The translations under genes were made by a program, and so were the position numbers. Shown one piece after another: positions 1 to 10,300 of a stretch of 64,000 nucleotides of DNA. Source of the DNA: an uncultured Chloroflexia bacterium (GTDB lineage: Bacteria; Chloroflexota; Limnocylindria; Limnocylindrales; CSP1-4); NCBI GenBank assembly GCA_963813535.1, contig CAWEZH010000002.1, forward strand, positions 1,760,001 to 1,824,000. Direction: 5' to 3'. Under the pieces are notes generated by a model, which was given only the letters and a program-made list of their open reading frames with translations, was not told where the DNA came from and did not search any database. Position 1 is the stretch's first letter; every line of letters starts with the position of its first letter.

Positions 1-593
1 TGGCCGAGGCCGGCGACCGCGTCGTCAAGACGTACTCGGGTGGCATGCGCCGCCGGCTCGACCTGGCGAGCGCGCTGATCGGCCGCCCGAGACTGCTCTT
101 CCTCGACGAGCCGACCACTGGCCTCGACCCGCGCAGTCGCCTGGGGATGTGGGATGTCATCCGAGGGCTCGTGCGCGAGGGCGTGACGTTGCTGCTCACG
201 ACCCAGTACCTCGAGGAAGCCGACGAGCTGGCCGACAGCATCGCCGTCGTCGACCACGGCAGGATCATCGCGAGCGGCACCGCGGACGACCTCAAGGCGG
301 AGGTCGGCGGCGAGCGGATCGAGGTCGTCATCCACGACCGCACGCGGATCGACGACGCCCGAGGGATGCTGGAGGGGATCGGCATCGGGGCCGCCACGAT
401 CGATGAGCACACCCGCCGGGTCACGGTGCCCTCGGAGGGCGGGGCGCAGCGCCTGGCGACGGTGATCCGCGACTTCGACGAAGCCGGCATAGCGATCGAC
501 GACATCGGCCTTCGACGTCCGACGCTCGATGACGTGTTCCTCAGCCTGACCGGGCACGTCGCCGTCGAGGAGCCAACGGAGACCGCTGCATGA
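1..593 (+). CDS. ABC transporter ATP-binding protein, DrrA-like (5' truncated)
   Basis: Signature YSGGMRRR, Walker B LLFLDEPTTGLD, TTQYLEEAD, C-terminal RRPTLDDVF; the frame runs off the window start. Confidence 0.93.
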   Translation, partial: AEAGDRVVKTYSGGMRRRLDLASALIGRPRLLFLDEPTTGLDPRSRLGMWDVIRGLVREGVTLLLTTQYLEEADELADSIAVVDHGRIIASGTADDLKAEVGGERIEVVIHDRTRIDDARGMLEGIGIGAATIDEHTRRVTVPSEGGAQRLATVIRDFDEAGIAIDDIGLRRPTLDDVFLSLTGHVAVEEPTETAA

Positions 594-1435
594 GCGCCAC
601 GACGTCCGCCCGACCCGCCCCTGCCGGAGGGACGCTGTCGTCTGCCGCCCGCGACGGCCTGATCATCATGTGGCGAAACCTGAAGCGCATCCCGCGCATC
701 CCGGAGCTCGCGCTGTTCGCGATCCTCCAGTCGATCATGTTCGTGCTGCTGTTCGCCTATGTCTTCGGCGGGGCGATCCCGCTGCCCGGCTACCCACCCG
801 ACCCGGTGTACTACCGCGAGTACCTGATGCCGGGCATCTTCGCCCAGACCATCGTCTTCGCCGCGGGCACCACCGCGATCGGCATGGCCGACGACATCGG
901 CAAAGGCATCATCGATCGGTTCCGCTCGCTGCCGATGGCGCGGTCCGCGGTGCTGTCAGGTCGATCGCTCGCCGACGTCATCTACAACGGCGGGATCCTG
1001 ATCGTGCTGATGGTGTCGGGCTTGTTCGTCGGCTGGACGGTCCACACCGGTTTCGGTGCACTGCTCGCCGGTGTCGGCCTGCTCCTGCTGTTCGCGTTCG
1101 CCATGTCGTGGCTGGGCATCTACCTCGGGCTGAGCGTTCCCACGGTGGAGGTCGCGCAGCAGGCCATCTTCACGGTGCTCTTCCCGATCACGTTCATCTC
1201 GAACGTGTTCGTCCCACCGACGACGCTGCCGGAATGGCTCCAACCCGTCGCGGAATGGAACCCGACCAGCACCCTGACGGGCTCGCTCCGCCAGTTGTGG
1301 GGGAACCCCAATCCCTATGTCACGGACAGCTTCCCGTCCCAGAACCCGGTGCTCGTGACGCTGGTCTGGGTCGCGGTCTTCCTCGTGGTCTTCGCGCCGC
1401 TCGGGATCCGCCGCTACCGGAGCATGAGCCGCTAG
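590..1435 (+). CDS. ABC-2 type transporter permease, DrrB-like
   Basis: About 6 TM segments, GIIDRFRSLPMARSAVL, PEWLQPVAEWNP; ATGA overlap with the ATPase gene. Confidence 0.92.
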   Translation: MSATTSARPAPAGGTLSSAARDGLIIMWRNLKRIPRIPELALFAILQSIMFVLLFAYVFGGAIPLPGYPPDPVYYREYLMPGIFAQTIVFAAGTTAIGMADDIGKGIIDRFRSLPMARSAVLSGRSLADVIYNGGILIVLMVSGLFVGWTVHTGFGALLAGVGLLLLFAFAMSWLGIYLGLSVPTVEVAQQAIFTVLFPITFISNVFVPPTTLPEWLQPVAEWNPTSTLTGSLRQLWGNPNPYVTDSFPSQNPVLVTLVWVAVFLVVFAPLGIRRYRSMSR

Positions 1436-1450
1436 GCCGCCGCCGCTGGA

Positions 1451-4202
1451 TCAGCCGGTGTTCTGCAGCCCGGCAGCGACACCGTTGACCGACAGCTGCA
1501 CGAGCCGCAGGTGGACGGCTCGGTCCGGACCGTCCTGGGAGAGGGCGCGTAGCCGTCGAAGCAGGCGGACCTGGACCTCGGACAGCGCATCGACATAGGG
1601 GTTGCGCAGCGCGATCGACCGCTGCAGGACGGGCGCTCCATCGAGCAGCCGCTCGCGACCGGTGATGCGCAGAAGCCACGCCACCGTGCGGTGGTACTCG
1701 GCTTCGATCATCGACCACCAGCGTTCGGCGTCATCGCCGCTCGTCAGCGACGCGTAGCGACGTCCGATGCCCATGTCAGCCTTGGCCAGGATCATCTCGG
1801 CGTTGTCGATGACGGACGCGAGGAACGGCCACGATCGGTACAGCCGGGTGATGTCGCGGATGCCCGTCTCACCGTGGCCAGCGGCGTACGCCTCGAGGGC
1901 CGAGCCGAGGCCGTACCAGCCGGGCAGGTTGATCCTCGACTGCGACCAGGCAAAGGTCCACGGGATCGCCCGCAGGGCGTCGATGGGTGGTGCCTCGTCG
2001 GCGGTGCTGCCGGCCCGCCCGCGGGCCGCCGGTCGCGACCCGAGGCGCAGGTCAGACAGCTCGGCGATCGGTGTGATCTGCCGGAAGAACGTTGCGAACC
2101 CCGGGTCGTCGTGGACGAGCGCCCGGTACGCGCTGCGGGCGATCGCCGACAGCTCGGCCATCAATGCGCCGCCCGTCTCGAGGGCGGCTGCTGCCGCAGC
2201 ATCGTGTTCGGGCGTGGAAGCGATCAGGACCGCACCGGTGAGTTGCTCGAGGTGGCGGCGGGCGATCGCTGGGTCGCCGTAGTTGGCGAAGATCACCTCG
2301 CCCTGCTCGGTCAGCTTGAGCCGACCGTCGACCGATCCGGGTGCGCCGCCGACGATGGCGCGATTGGCGGGGCCTCCACCACGTCCGATGGCGCCGCCTC
2401 GACCGTGAAAGAGCGTCAGCTCGACGTCGTGTGCCCGCGCCGCCTCGACCAGCGCCGCCTGTGCCTGGTGAAGCATCCAGGCGGCAGCGAGGAAGCCCGA
2501 CTCCTTGTTCGAGTCCGAGTAGCCGAGCATCACCTCCTGGCGGTCGCCACGCGCGGCCACGTGGCGGCGGTACGCCGGATCGCGCAGGACGGCGTCGAGG
2601 ATCTTCCCGCCGGCGGTCAGCGCCTCGGACGACTCGAACAACGGGACGACGTCGATCGCGGTGGTCCCATCGGCCCGCACCGCGAGCTCCAGGACATCGG
2701 TGACGTCGCGGGGCTCGGCCGTGAACGAGACCACCACGCGCCTGGATGCCTCCGGCCCGTAGCGCTCCTGTGCCTCGCCGATCGAGCGGAACGTGGCGAG
2801 GACCTCGGCTGTGGACACGCCGGGGGCGAGCTCGGCGGCCGGATCGCCACCCGCCTCCAGCGTGTCGAGCGCCTGTCGGTGCACGGCGCTGTGCTGACGG
2901 ATCTCGAGCGACGCGAGGTGGAATCCGAACGTCGCCACCTGCCAGCGGAGCTCGGCGACCTCGCCCCAGGCGACGCGCTCCAGACCGTCGTCGACGAGCG
3001 CGTCCTGGATCTCGCCGAGCTCGGTGTCGAGTGCGTCGGCATCCTCGTAGTGACCCGCGCGCGGTCCGGTCTCACCGGTCACCACGGCGCGGGTCCGGCG
3101 CAGTCGCTCGGCGATGAACCCGAATCGCTGGCGGTACGGCTCGTCGGGGAATCGTCGTCGCAATTGGCGGTCGGTCTCGGGCAGCTCCTCGGCGTCGCGG
3201 GCCAGTCGCGTGGCGAGCGGGCGGGCGACGCGGTCGTGGGACGTCGTGGCCGATACGGTCTGCATCAGGCGCATGGCCACGGCCTCGTAGCCATGGAGGA
3301 CGTGATCCGCCTGGATGCGCAGCGTCCGGGAGGTCAGATCCGCCGTGACCGCCGGGTTACCGTCCCGGTCGCCACCGACCCACGTGCCGAAGCGGAGGAA
3401 CGCTGCGACCCGTGGCGCCCGAGCGCCCGACTCCGGGTCGAGCACCGCGTCGACGGCCCGGTACAGCCGTGGCGCCAGCTGGAAGAGCGTGGCGTCGAAG
3501 ATGGCCATGGCCGTGCGAACCTCGTCGAGCGGCTCCGGCGAGACCGCGCGCAGGTCCGACGTCCGCCACAGGACCGAGATCTCCTCGCGCAGCCGACGAC
3601 GGGTCTCGCGATCCTCCGACGGGGTCAGCCGAGTATCGTCGAAGCGTTCCAGGAGGACGGCGCAGCGTCGGAGCGCCACGAGCGTCGTGCGGCGGCGCGC
3701 TTCGGTCGGGTGGGCGGTGAGCACGGGCGTGATTCGCAGCCGCTCCATGATCGCGTCGAGTTCGGCGTCGGTGCGACCGGCGCGTCGGAGCCGGGCGACC
3801 GCCTCGGCCACCGAGTCGTCGAGCAGCCCGTCACGCGCCGCCCGCTCCCGACGGCGGAGGGCGCGGACGCGGGCCCGGGCCTCGGCCAGGTTGACCAGCT
3901 GGAAGTACAGCGAGAAGGCGGTGATGACGGCCTCGGCGTCCTCGAGCTCGAGAGCATCGAGCTCTGCATCGAGCCGCTCGCGGACCTCCGGCTGCTCGTC
4001 GTGACGGGACGCGATAGCTGCCAGGCGCAGCCGTTCGACGAGGTCGTAGATCCCCTCGCCCGGCCTGTTCCGTGATGACCTGTCCGAGCAGCGCACCGAG
4101 CAACCGGACCTCGAGCGCCAGCGGATCGCGCGCGTGGGCAGACCCGATACCCGACGGTTCGGCCGCCCGGGCCGAGCGTGCGCGGGGGCGGGTTGGGCTC
4201 AT
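1451..4202 (-). CDS. ppc: Phosphoenolpyruvate carboxylase (one frameshift near 4062)
   Basis: VLTAHPTE, WVGGDRDGNP, QEVMLGYSDSNKE, FHGRGGAIGRGG, LRAIPW, C-terminal GLQNTG. The N-terminus (DPLALEVRLLGALLGQVITEQAG) is in the adjacent frame from 4202. Confidence 0.95.
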
Positions 4203-4297
4203 CGGGCCCAGCGTGACGGGCGGTACCGCAACCGAGCGGCCACCGCGTCACAACCTTCTTCCGACCGTGCCGTTCCTACCCTTGTAAGGTGGTAGGC

Positions 4298-5617
4298 GTG
4301 GCGCCGCAGGGATCCAGCGTGCAGGACCGACGTCGACGTGCAGCCAGGCGCACGGACGACGTCGTCGAGACGCGCCCCGAGAGCGATCAGCTCGACCAGC
4401 TCCGGTTCATCCACGACGTCGCCCGCCTTGCGACGACGGCGCGCACATGGGACGAGCTGCTGGGGACGGTCGTCGACGGGACGCGGGACGCCCTCCATGC
4501 GGATGTCTCCTCGCTCTACCTCCTCGACCGGGATGGAGCGTACCTGACGCTCGCCGCGACGAACGGGCTCGACCGTTTCCAGATCGGTCGTGCGCGGGTC
4601 CCGTTCGGCGAGGGCGTGACGGGCTCCGTCGCCGCCAGCCAGCAACCGCTGGTCATCCCGGACGTGAAAGAGGACCAGCGCTTCCTGTGGGTGCGCGGTA
4701 TCGACCAGCGCCGCTTCGTGACATCGATGCTCAGCGTCCCGCTGACCTGGCACGACCAGACGATCGGGGTGCTCAACGTCCAGACAGAGCGACCGAGGGA
4801 CTTCAGCACATCCGATGTCGCGCAGCTGAGCGCCGTCGCGGACTTGCTGGCCGGGATCGTCGAAAAGGGCCGCCAGCAATCCGAGGCGGAGGCTCGGGTC
4901 GAGGCGCTCAAGGCGATCGACGAAGCACGGAGCGAGCTGATCGCCCTGGTCACGCACGAGCTCCGGACGCCGCTGGCGGTCGTCCGCGCCTACACCGACC
5001 TCCTGGCCGACGAACCGGCACTCGTCGGCCGCGAATCGCGCGACATCGAGCGTCGGAAGACGCGCGCCGAGTGGCACGACGCGACGCTCGAGCAGATCGA
5101 GCGGCTGGATCGCCTCGTCGACTCGATCCTTGCGTCCGTCCGGGTCGTGCCCGAGGATGCGGCGACACTCGAACCGGCGGATGTCGAGGCGCTCGTGCGC
5201 GAGGTGCTGCATTCCCTGACGCCCCTGCTCGGGAGGCACCAGGTCGTCGCCGAGGGCATGTCCCGACTGCACGGCCTGACCGATCCGTCGCGGCTGCGCC
5301 AGATCGTCGAGCACCTCGTCGAGAACGCCGTGAAGTACGCGCCATCGGACACGATGATCCGCATCGATTGGCAGCTCGTCGAAGGCTTCGTCCACCTCGG
5401 CGTCACCGACGAGGGACCCGGTATCCCCGATGAGTGGCGCGAGCGCATCTTCGAGCCGTATGCCCGCCGCGATACCCATACCGCCCGCGGCTCGGGGATC
5501 GGGCTCTATGCCGCGAAGCGTCTCGGCGAATCGATGGGCTGCCACCTGTGGTGCGAGCCGGCCCGACCGCACGGCGCACGGTTCGTGGTGGCCGTCCCGG
5601 CGGCGGCGGCGATCTGA
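4298..5617 (+). CDS. Cytoplasmic GAF-domain sensor histidine kinase
   Basis: GAF domain (GEGVTG..., LSVPL..IGVLNV), H-box THELRTPL, N-box NAVKY, G boxes DEGPGI and GSGIGL; TAAGGT 7 nt before the GTG. Confidence 0.92.
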   Translation: MAPQGSSVQDRRRRAARRTDDVVETRPESDQLDQLRFIHDVARLATTARTWDELLGTVVDGTRDALHADVSSLYLLDRDGAYLTLAATNGLDRFQIGRARVPFGEGVTGSVAASQQPLVIPDVKEDQRFLWVRGIDQRRFVTSMLSVPLTWHDQTIGVLNVQTERPRDFSTSDVAQLSAVADLLAGIVEKGRQQSEAEARVEALKAIDEARSELIALVTHELRTPLAVVRAYTDLLADEPALVGRESRDIERRKTRAEWHDATLEQIERLDRLVDSILASVRVVPEDAATLEPADVEALVREVLHSLTPLLGRHQVVAEGMSRLHGLTDPSRLRQIVEHLVENAVKYAPSDTMIRIDWQLVEGFVHLGVTDEGPGIPDEWRERIFEPYARRDTHTARGSGIGLYAAKRLGESMGCHLWCEPARPHGARFVVAVPAAAAI

Positions 5618-5620
5618 CCG

Positions 5621-6349
5621 ATGGCCACCATGAGCAGTCGACCACTGCGCATCCTCGTCGTCGACGACGACCCGGCCATGGTCGGAGCCATCACCGCGCT
5701 CGTCGGGACCGAGGGTCACCAGGTCATCACGGCGTATGACGGACTGACCGCGGTCAAGCGCTTCCGCGAGGAGCACCCCGACCTCGTCCTGCTCGATCTG
5801 GCCATGCCCGGCCCGGATGGCTTCTCCGTCGCGGGCCAGATGCGCGCCGTCGGCCAGGCGCCGATCCTCGTGGTGTCCGGCGAGAGCGGCGAGGCCGCCA
5901 AGGTGCGGGCGCTCGGCATCGGCGCCGATGACTACCTGACAAAGCCATTCGGCAAGGCCGAGCTGCTGGCACGGATCGCGGCGATCATGCGCCGCGTCGA
6001 TCGCTCCTCGGCCGGGACCGGGGCTCCCGCCGGACCGCTCGAGGCCGGCGCCCTGGTCCTCGAGCCCGGTCGCCACGAGGCGCGGGTCGGCGATCACGCG
6101 CTGTCGCTCACGCCGACGGAGTTCCGCTTGCTCGAGGCCCTCGTCCGCGCGCGTGGCGATATCGTCCCGCACCTGCAGCTCGCACGGGCCGGCTGGCCCG
6201 CCGAGACGGACCCGGACCTGCTGTGGCTCAAGCCGCATCTGGCCCGGCTGCGGGCCAAGGTCGAAGATGCCGGCGGCCCGCACGTGGTGGCGGTCCGTGG
6301 TGTCGGCTATCGGATCGTGGCGGACGAAGCGGCTCCCGCCGACGGCTAG
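5621..6349 (+). CDS. OmpR-family response regulator
   Basis: ILVVDDD, LLDLAMP, DDYLTKPF, wHTH LTPTEFRLL...VRGVGYR. Confidence 0.93.
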   Translation: MATMSSRPLRILVVDDDPAMVGAITALVGTEGHQVITAYDGLTAVKRFREEHPDLVLLDLAMPGPDGFSVAGQMRAVGQAPILVVSGESGEAAKVRALGIGADDYLTKPFGKAELLARIAAIMRRVDRSSAGTGAPAGPLEAGALVLEPGRHEARVGDHALSLTPTEFRLLEALVRARGDIVPHLQLARAGWPAETDPDLLWLKPHLARLRAKVEDAGGPHVVAVRGVGYRIVADEAAPADG

Positions 6350-6386
6350 CCTGGCCGGTGCGCGGTGACGGGAGCGACCCGGACCG

Positions 6387-6608
6387 CTAGACCGCGATCG
6401 AGACGGCGCGTCCTGTCGCGTCGTGGGCGGCGTCGGCGCAGGTGACCCGGCACCCGCGTGCATCGCGGCCGGCGATCGGGTTGAAATGGAACCAGGCATC
6501 GCCGCTCTGGGCGAGGCGGCATCGACACGACGCACAGGTGACGGGCGCGCTCATGCCATCGCGCACGGCCGATGGCCGGTGGGACCCGGATCCGGTCGGA
6601 TGCAGCAT
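6387..6608 (-). CDS. Small Cys/His-rich hypothetical protein (73 aa)
   Basis: Strong SD AGGAGG before the ATG at 6608; CASCRC...C..C...H pattern. Confidence 0.6.
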   Translation of the reverse strand: MLHPTGSGSHRPSAVRDGMSAPVTCASCRCRLAQSGDAWFHFNPIAGRDARGCRVTCADAAHDATGRAVSIAV

Positions 6609-6825
6609 CGCGGTCTCCTCCTGGCTCGTCGGCTTCGCGGATGCGCCCATGGTCGTGCCAGGGAGACGCTTCCCCATCATGGCCGGAGGGTAGTCCGGTG
6701 GGCTGCCCGCCTTCGGCGGCATCACGGGGGCGCCTCGGTTGCATGTCGGTATCGCGGCTGTGGTCCATGTCGATGGCCTCGGACCGGACCTGTCACGCCG
6801 GCGCCCGTTCGTGCACCATGCGGAT

Positions 6826-7356
6826 ATGGCCCAGACCCTGATCGACCCGATGGAGGCCGCCGAGGCCTACCGCCGGCAGCTGCTCGACCTCCTCGGACCG
6901 GATGACCCGGCCGTCGCCCAGTCGGCGACGGTCGATCGGATGCGCGAGCTCGCGGCACGTGCGGGGGACGACATACGGACGCGCCCGGAGCCCGGGGAGT
7001 GGTCGGTCGTGGAATGCCTGGGCCATCTCGTCGATTCCGAGCTCACGACGGCGGCGCGCGTCCGGTGGATCATCGCCGAGGATGAGCCCGACATCGTCGC
7101 CTACGACCAGGCCCTGTGGGTCGATCGGCTGCGGCACGGCGATGACGATCCCGATGACCTCATCGGATTGTTCGAAGCGCTCCGGACGGCGAACCTGCGC
7201 CTGTGGGCCGCTCGCCCGACCGCGGACCGATCTCGCGTGGGTCTTCACCGCGAGCGTGGGCCGGAGAGCTACGAGATGATCGTGCGACTCGCCGCTGGCC
7301 ACGACCGGCTCCATATCGCCCAGGCGGAGAGGGCTCTCGCGGCCGTACGCCGCTGA
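6826..7356 (+). CDS. DinB family protein
   Basis: RPEPGEWSVVECLGHL...GHDRLHIAQ metal-binding His pattern. Confidence 0.88.
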   Translation: MAQTLIDPMEAAEAYRRQLLDLLGPDDPAVAQSATVDRMRELAARAGDDIRTRPEPGEWSVVECLGHLVDSELTTAARVRWIIAEDEPDIVAYDQALWVDRLRHGDDDPDDLIGLFEALRTANLRLWAARPTADRSRVGLHRERGPESYEMIVRLAAGHDRLHIAQAERALAAVRR

Positions 7357-7359
7357 GCC

Positions 7360-10300
7360 TCAGGCCCGGATCGGTACGCCGGCGGCGAGGTCGGCCCCGA
7401 CCACGGCGGTCGCCTGCGTCGTCGCCGCGACCGGGGTGACCGGCTCGACCAGCCAGGTATCGGCGGCCAGCGATTCCGACAGGATCAGCCGCCGAGCGAG
7501 CGTCGACCCGGCCGCGGCCTGATCCTGCAGCAGTCCGAACAGCTCGTCGAAGCGCTCGGTGCCGTCCGCTCGTGACCGGAGCGCCTCACCCAGCCTGATC
7601 GCGGCGACGCTCTCGCCGTGCAGCGCGGCTGCGTGCCGGCCGTTCGGGTCGTAGAGATACGCGCGTCCGCCCGTCATCCCGGCGCCGAAGTTCGCACCGA
7701 TCGGACCAAGGACCACCACCACGCCACCCGTCATGTACTCGCATCCGTGCGCGCCGATGCCCTCGACGACCGCCGAGGCCCCGCTGTTGCGGACCGCGAA
7801 GCGCATCCCGGCACGGCCGACCAGATGGACGCGACCGGCGGTCGCGCCGTAGAGCACGGTGTTCCCCGCGATCGCCTCGCCCCCGGCCAGTACCGGGAGG
7901 TCGGCCTCGGGACGGACGACGATCCGCCCACCGGACAGGCCCTTGGCCACGTAGTCGTTCGCCTGGCCCACCAGTGTCAGCTCGATGGCGCCGGAGGCGA
8001 ACGCGCCGAACGACTGGCCTGCGGCGCCGCGAACCTCGAGCCTCACCGGGCCACGGAGCTCGCCGCGCTCGATGGCGCCCGTCAGACCCGCACCGAACGA
8101 CCGGTCGGCCGTGGACAAGCGAAGCCCCGACGCGGCGACCGGCCCCTGGTCGCGGAAGGCCGCCGCGACCCGGACCTCGAGCGGGGATGCGGGAGCGTGG
8201 CGCGCGGTCCTTGCCGGTATGGCCGGATCGGCTCGGCGGGCGTCATCGGCCGACCATCTCGCGGCGCCCACCACCTGGGCCAGCTCGATCGCGGCGGCAC
8301 GGACCGGCCGCAGCGCCCGCCGGCTCTCCCCGACGACCTCGCCGACCGAGCGTGCGCCGACGGCAGCCAGCTCACGACGCAGGTCCTCGGCCAGGGCCAG
8401 GAAGAACGTCTCGACCATCTCGGGCGTGCCCCGGAACTTGGCCCGCAGGTCCTCGCGCTGCGTCGCGATACCCGTCGGACAGGTGTCGAGGTGGCACTGG
8501 CGCGCCATGTCGCAACCGATCGCGACCAGCGCCGACGTGCCGAACGCGAATTCCTCCGCGCCAAGGAGCGCGGCGACCAGCAGGTCCCGACCGGTCTGGA
8601 GCCCTCCATCCGTCCGCACGGCCACGCGATCGCGCAAGTCGTTCCGGAGCAGGACCTGGTGGACCTCGGCGAGACCGAACTCCCAGGGCGCACCGACATG
8701 CTTGATCGATGACAGCGGCGACGCCCCCGTACCGCCGGCGTGGCCGGACAGGTGGATGTACCCGGCACCAGCCTTGGCGACGCCCGCCGCGATGGTCCCG
8801 ACGCCGCGCGACGCGACGAGCTTCACGCCGATCCGCGCACCGGGATTGATCGCCCGCAGGTCGGCGATGAGCTGCGCCAGGTCCTCGATCGAGTAGATAT
8901 CGTGGTGCGGCGGCGGGCTGATGTAGCTCTGCCCGGCCTGCCCACGGCGCAACGCCGCGATGTACGCGGTCGCCTTGCGACCGGGCAGCTGACCGCCTTC
9001 GCCGGGCTTGGAGCCCTGGGCGATCTTGATCTCGAGCTGATCGGCCCGTGCCAGGTACGTGGCGGTGACCCCGAACCGCGCGGAGGCGACCTGCTTGATC
9101 CGGGCGTCGCGGCGTCGGCCGTCCGGGCCAGCGGCGTACCACGCCGGGTCCTCGCCACCCTCGCCGGTGTTCGCGGCACCACCCGCGCGCTGGATGCCGA
9201 TCGTCAGCGCCTGGTGCGCTTCCGGCGAGAGGGCCCCGACGCTCATGGCCGAGACGACGAACCTGTGGGCGATCGACCGCGCGCTCTCGACCGAATCGAC
9301 CGTCACGGGAGGGCCGAGCCGACGTAGCCGAAGCTCGTCCCGAGGCGTCGATGGCGCGCCGGCGGGCCGCGACAGCGCGGTCCGATACCGCTCGAGCGCG
9401 CCGTCCAGTCGCGGCTCGCCCTCGACCGTCGGCGTCGCGCCCGACAGGACCTGGATCTCGCTCGCGATCCGCGGTGCGAAGAGGTGGGCCTCGCCGTCGG
9501 CGCGGAACCGCGCGAATCCCGGATCGGGGAGTCGAGGCTCGCGGCCGGGGATGAGTGCCGGGAGGGCCAGCGCTGCATCGCGGCGACGGACGACACGCGC
9601 CCCGATGTCGTCGAGCGTCGTCCGACCGGGCCACGCCGCGACGGTCGGGAAGCAGCGCGCGATCGCGTCCGGCGCCAGATCCACCGTGTCCACGAGGGCG
9701 CCGCCGATGTAGCTGGCGATCGCGCTGATGCCCATCCGCGCGAGGGTCTTCCGCAGGCCTGCGGCGAAGGCGTCGACGAGGTTCTCGATCGCGTCTGCCG
9801 GCGTGAGCTCCTCGGCACCGCGCGACCCGGCAAGCTCGGCCGCGACCTCGAGGGCAAGGCGAGGGTGGACGACCGTGGCGCCCACGGCGAGGGTCATGGC
9901 CATCGCGTGGACATCGAGGACGTCGGCGGCGTCGACCACGAGGTCCGTGCGGCCACGCAGGCCGGCGTCGGTCAGCGCGGTGTGCACCGCCCCGACGGCA
10001 AGGATCGACGGCACGGGCAGGCGATCGGTCGATGTCGACGAATCGCTGATCAGCAGGATCTCGATGCCCGCCTCGCTCGCGGCGACGGCCTCGGCTGCCA
10101 GGCGCTCGAGGCGACGCGGGAGCCCCTCGGCGCCGTCGTCGACCGGCCACGTCGCGTCCAGCACGCGCACCCTGCGCCCGCCGGCGAGCGCCACCTCGAG
10201 GAGACCGTCGAGGTCGGCCACGATCGGGCGCTCGAGGCGCAGCGTGCGTGGCCCTCGAGGGGGTCCGCCCAGCAGTGCCGGGCGCCGCCCGAGCTCGACT

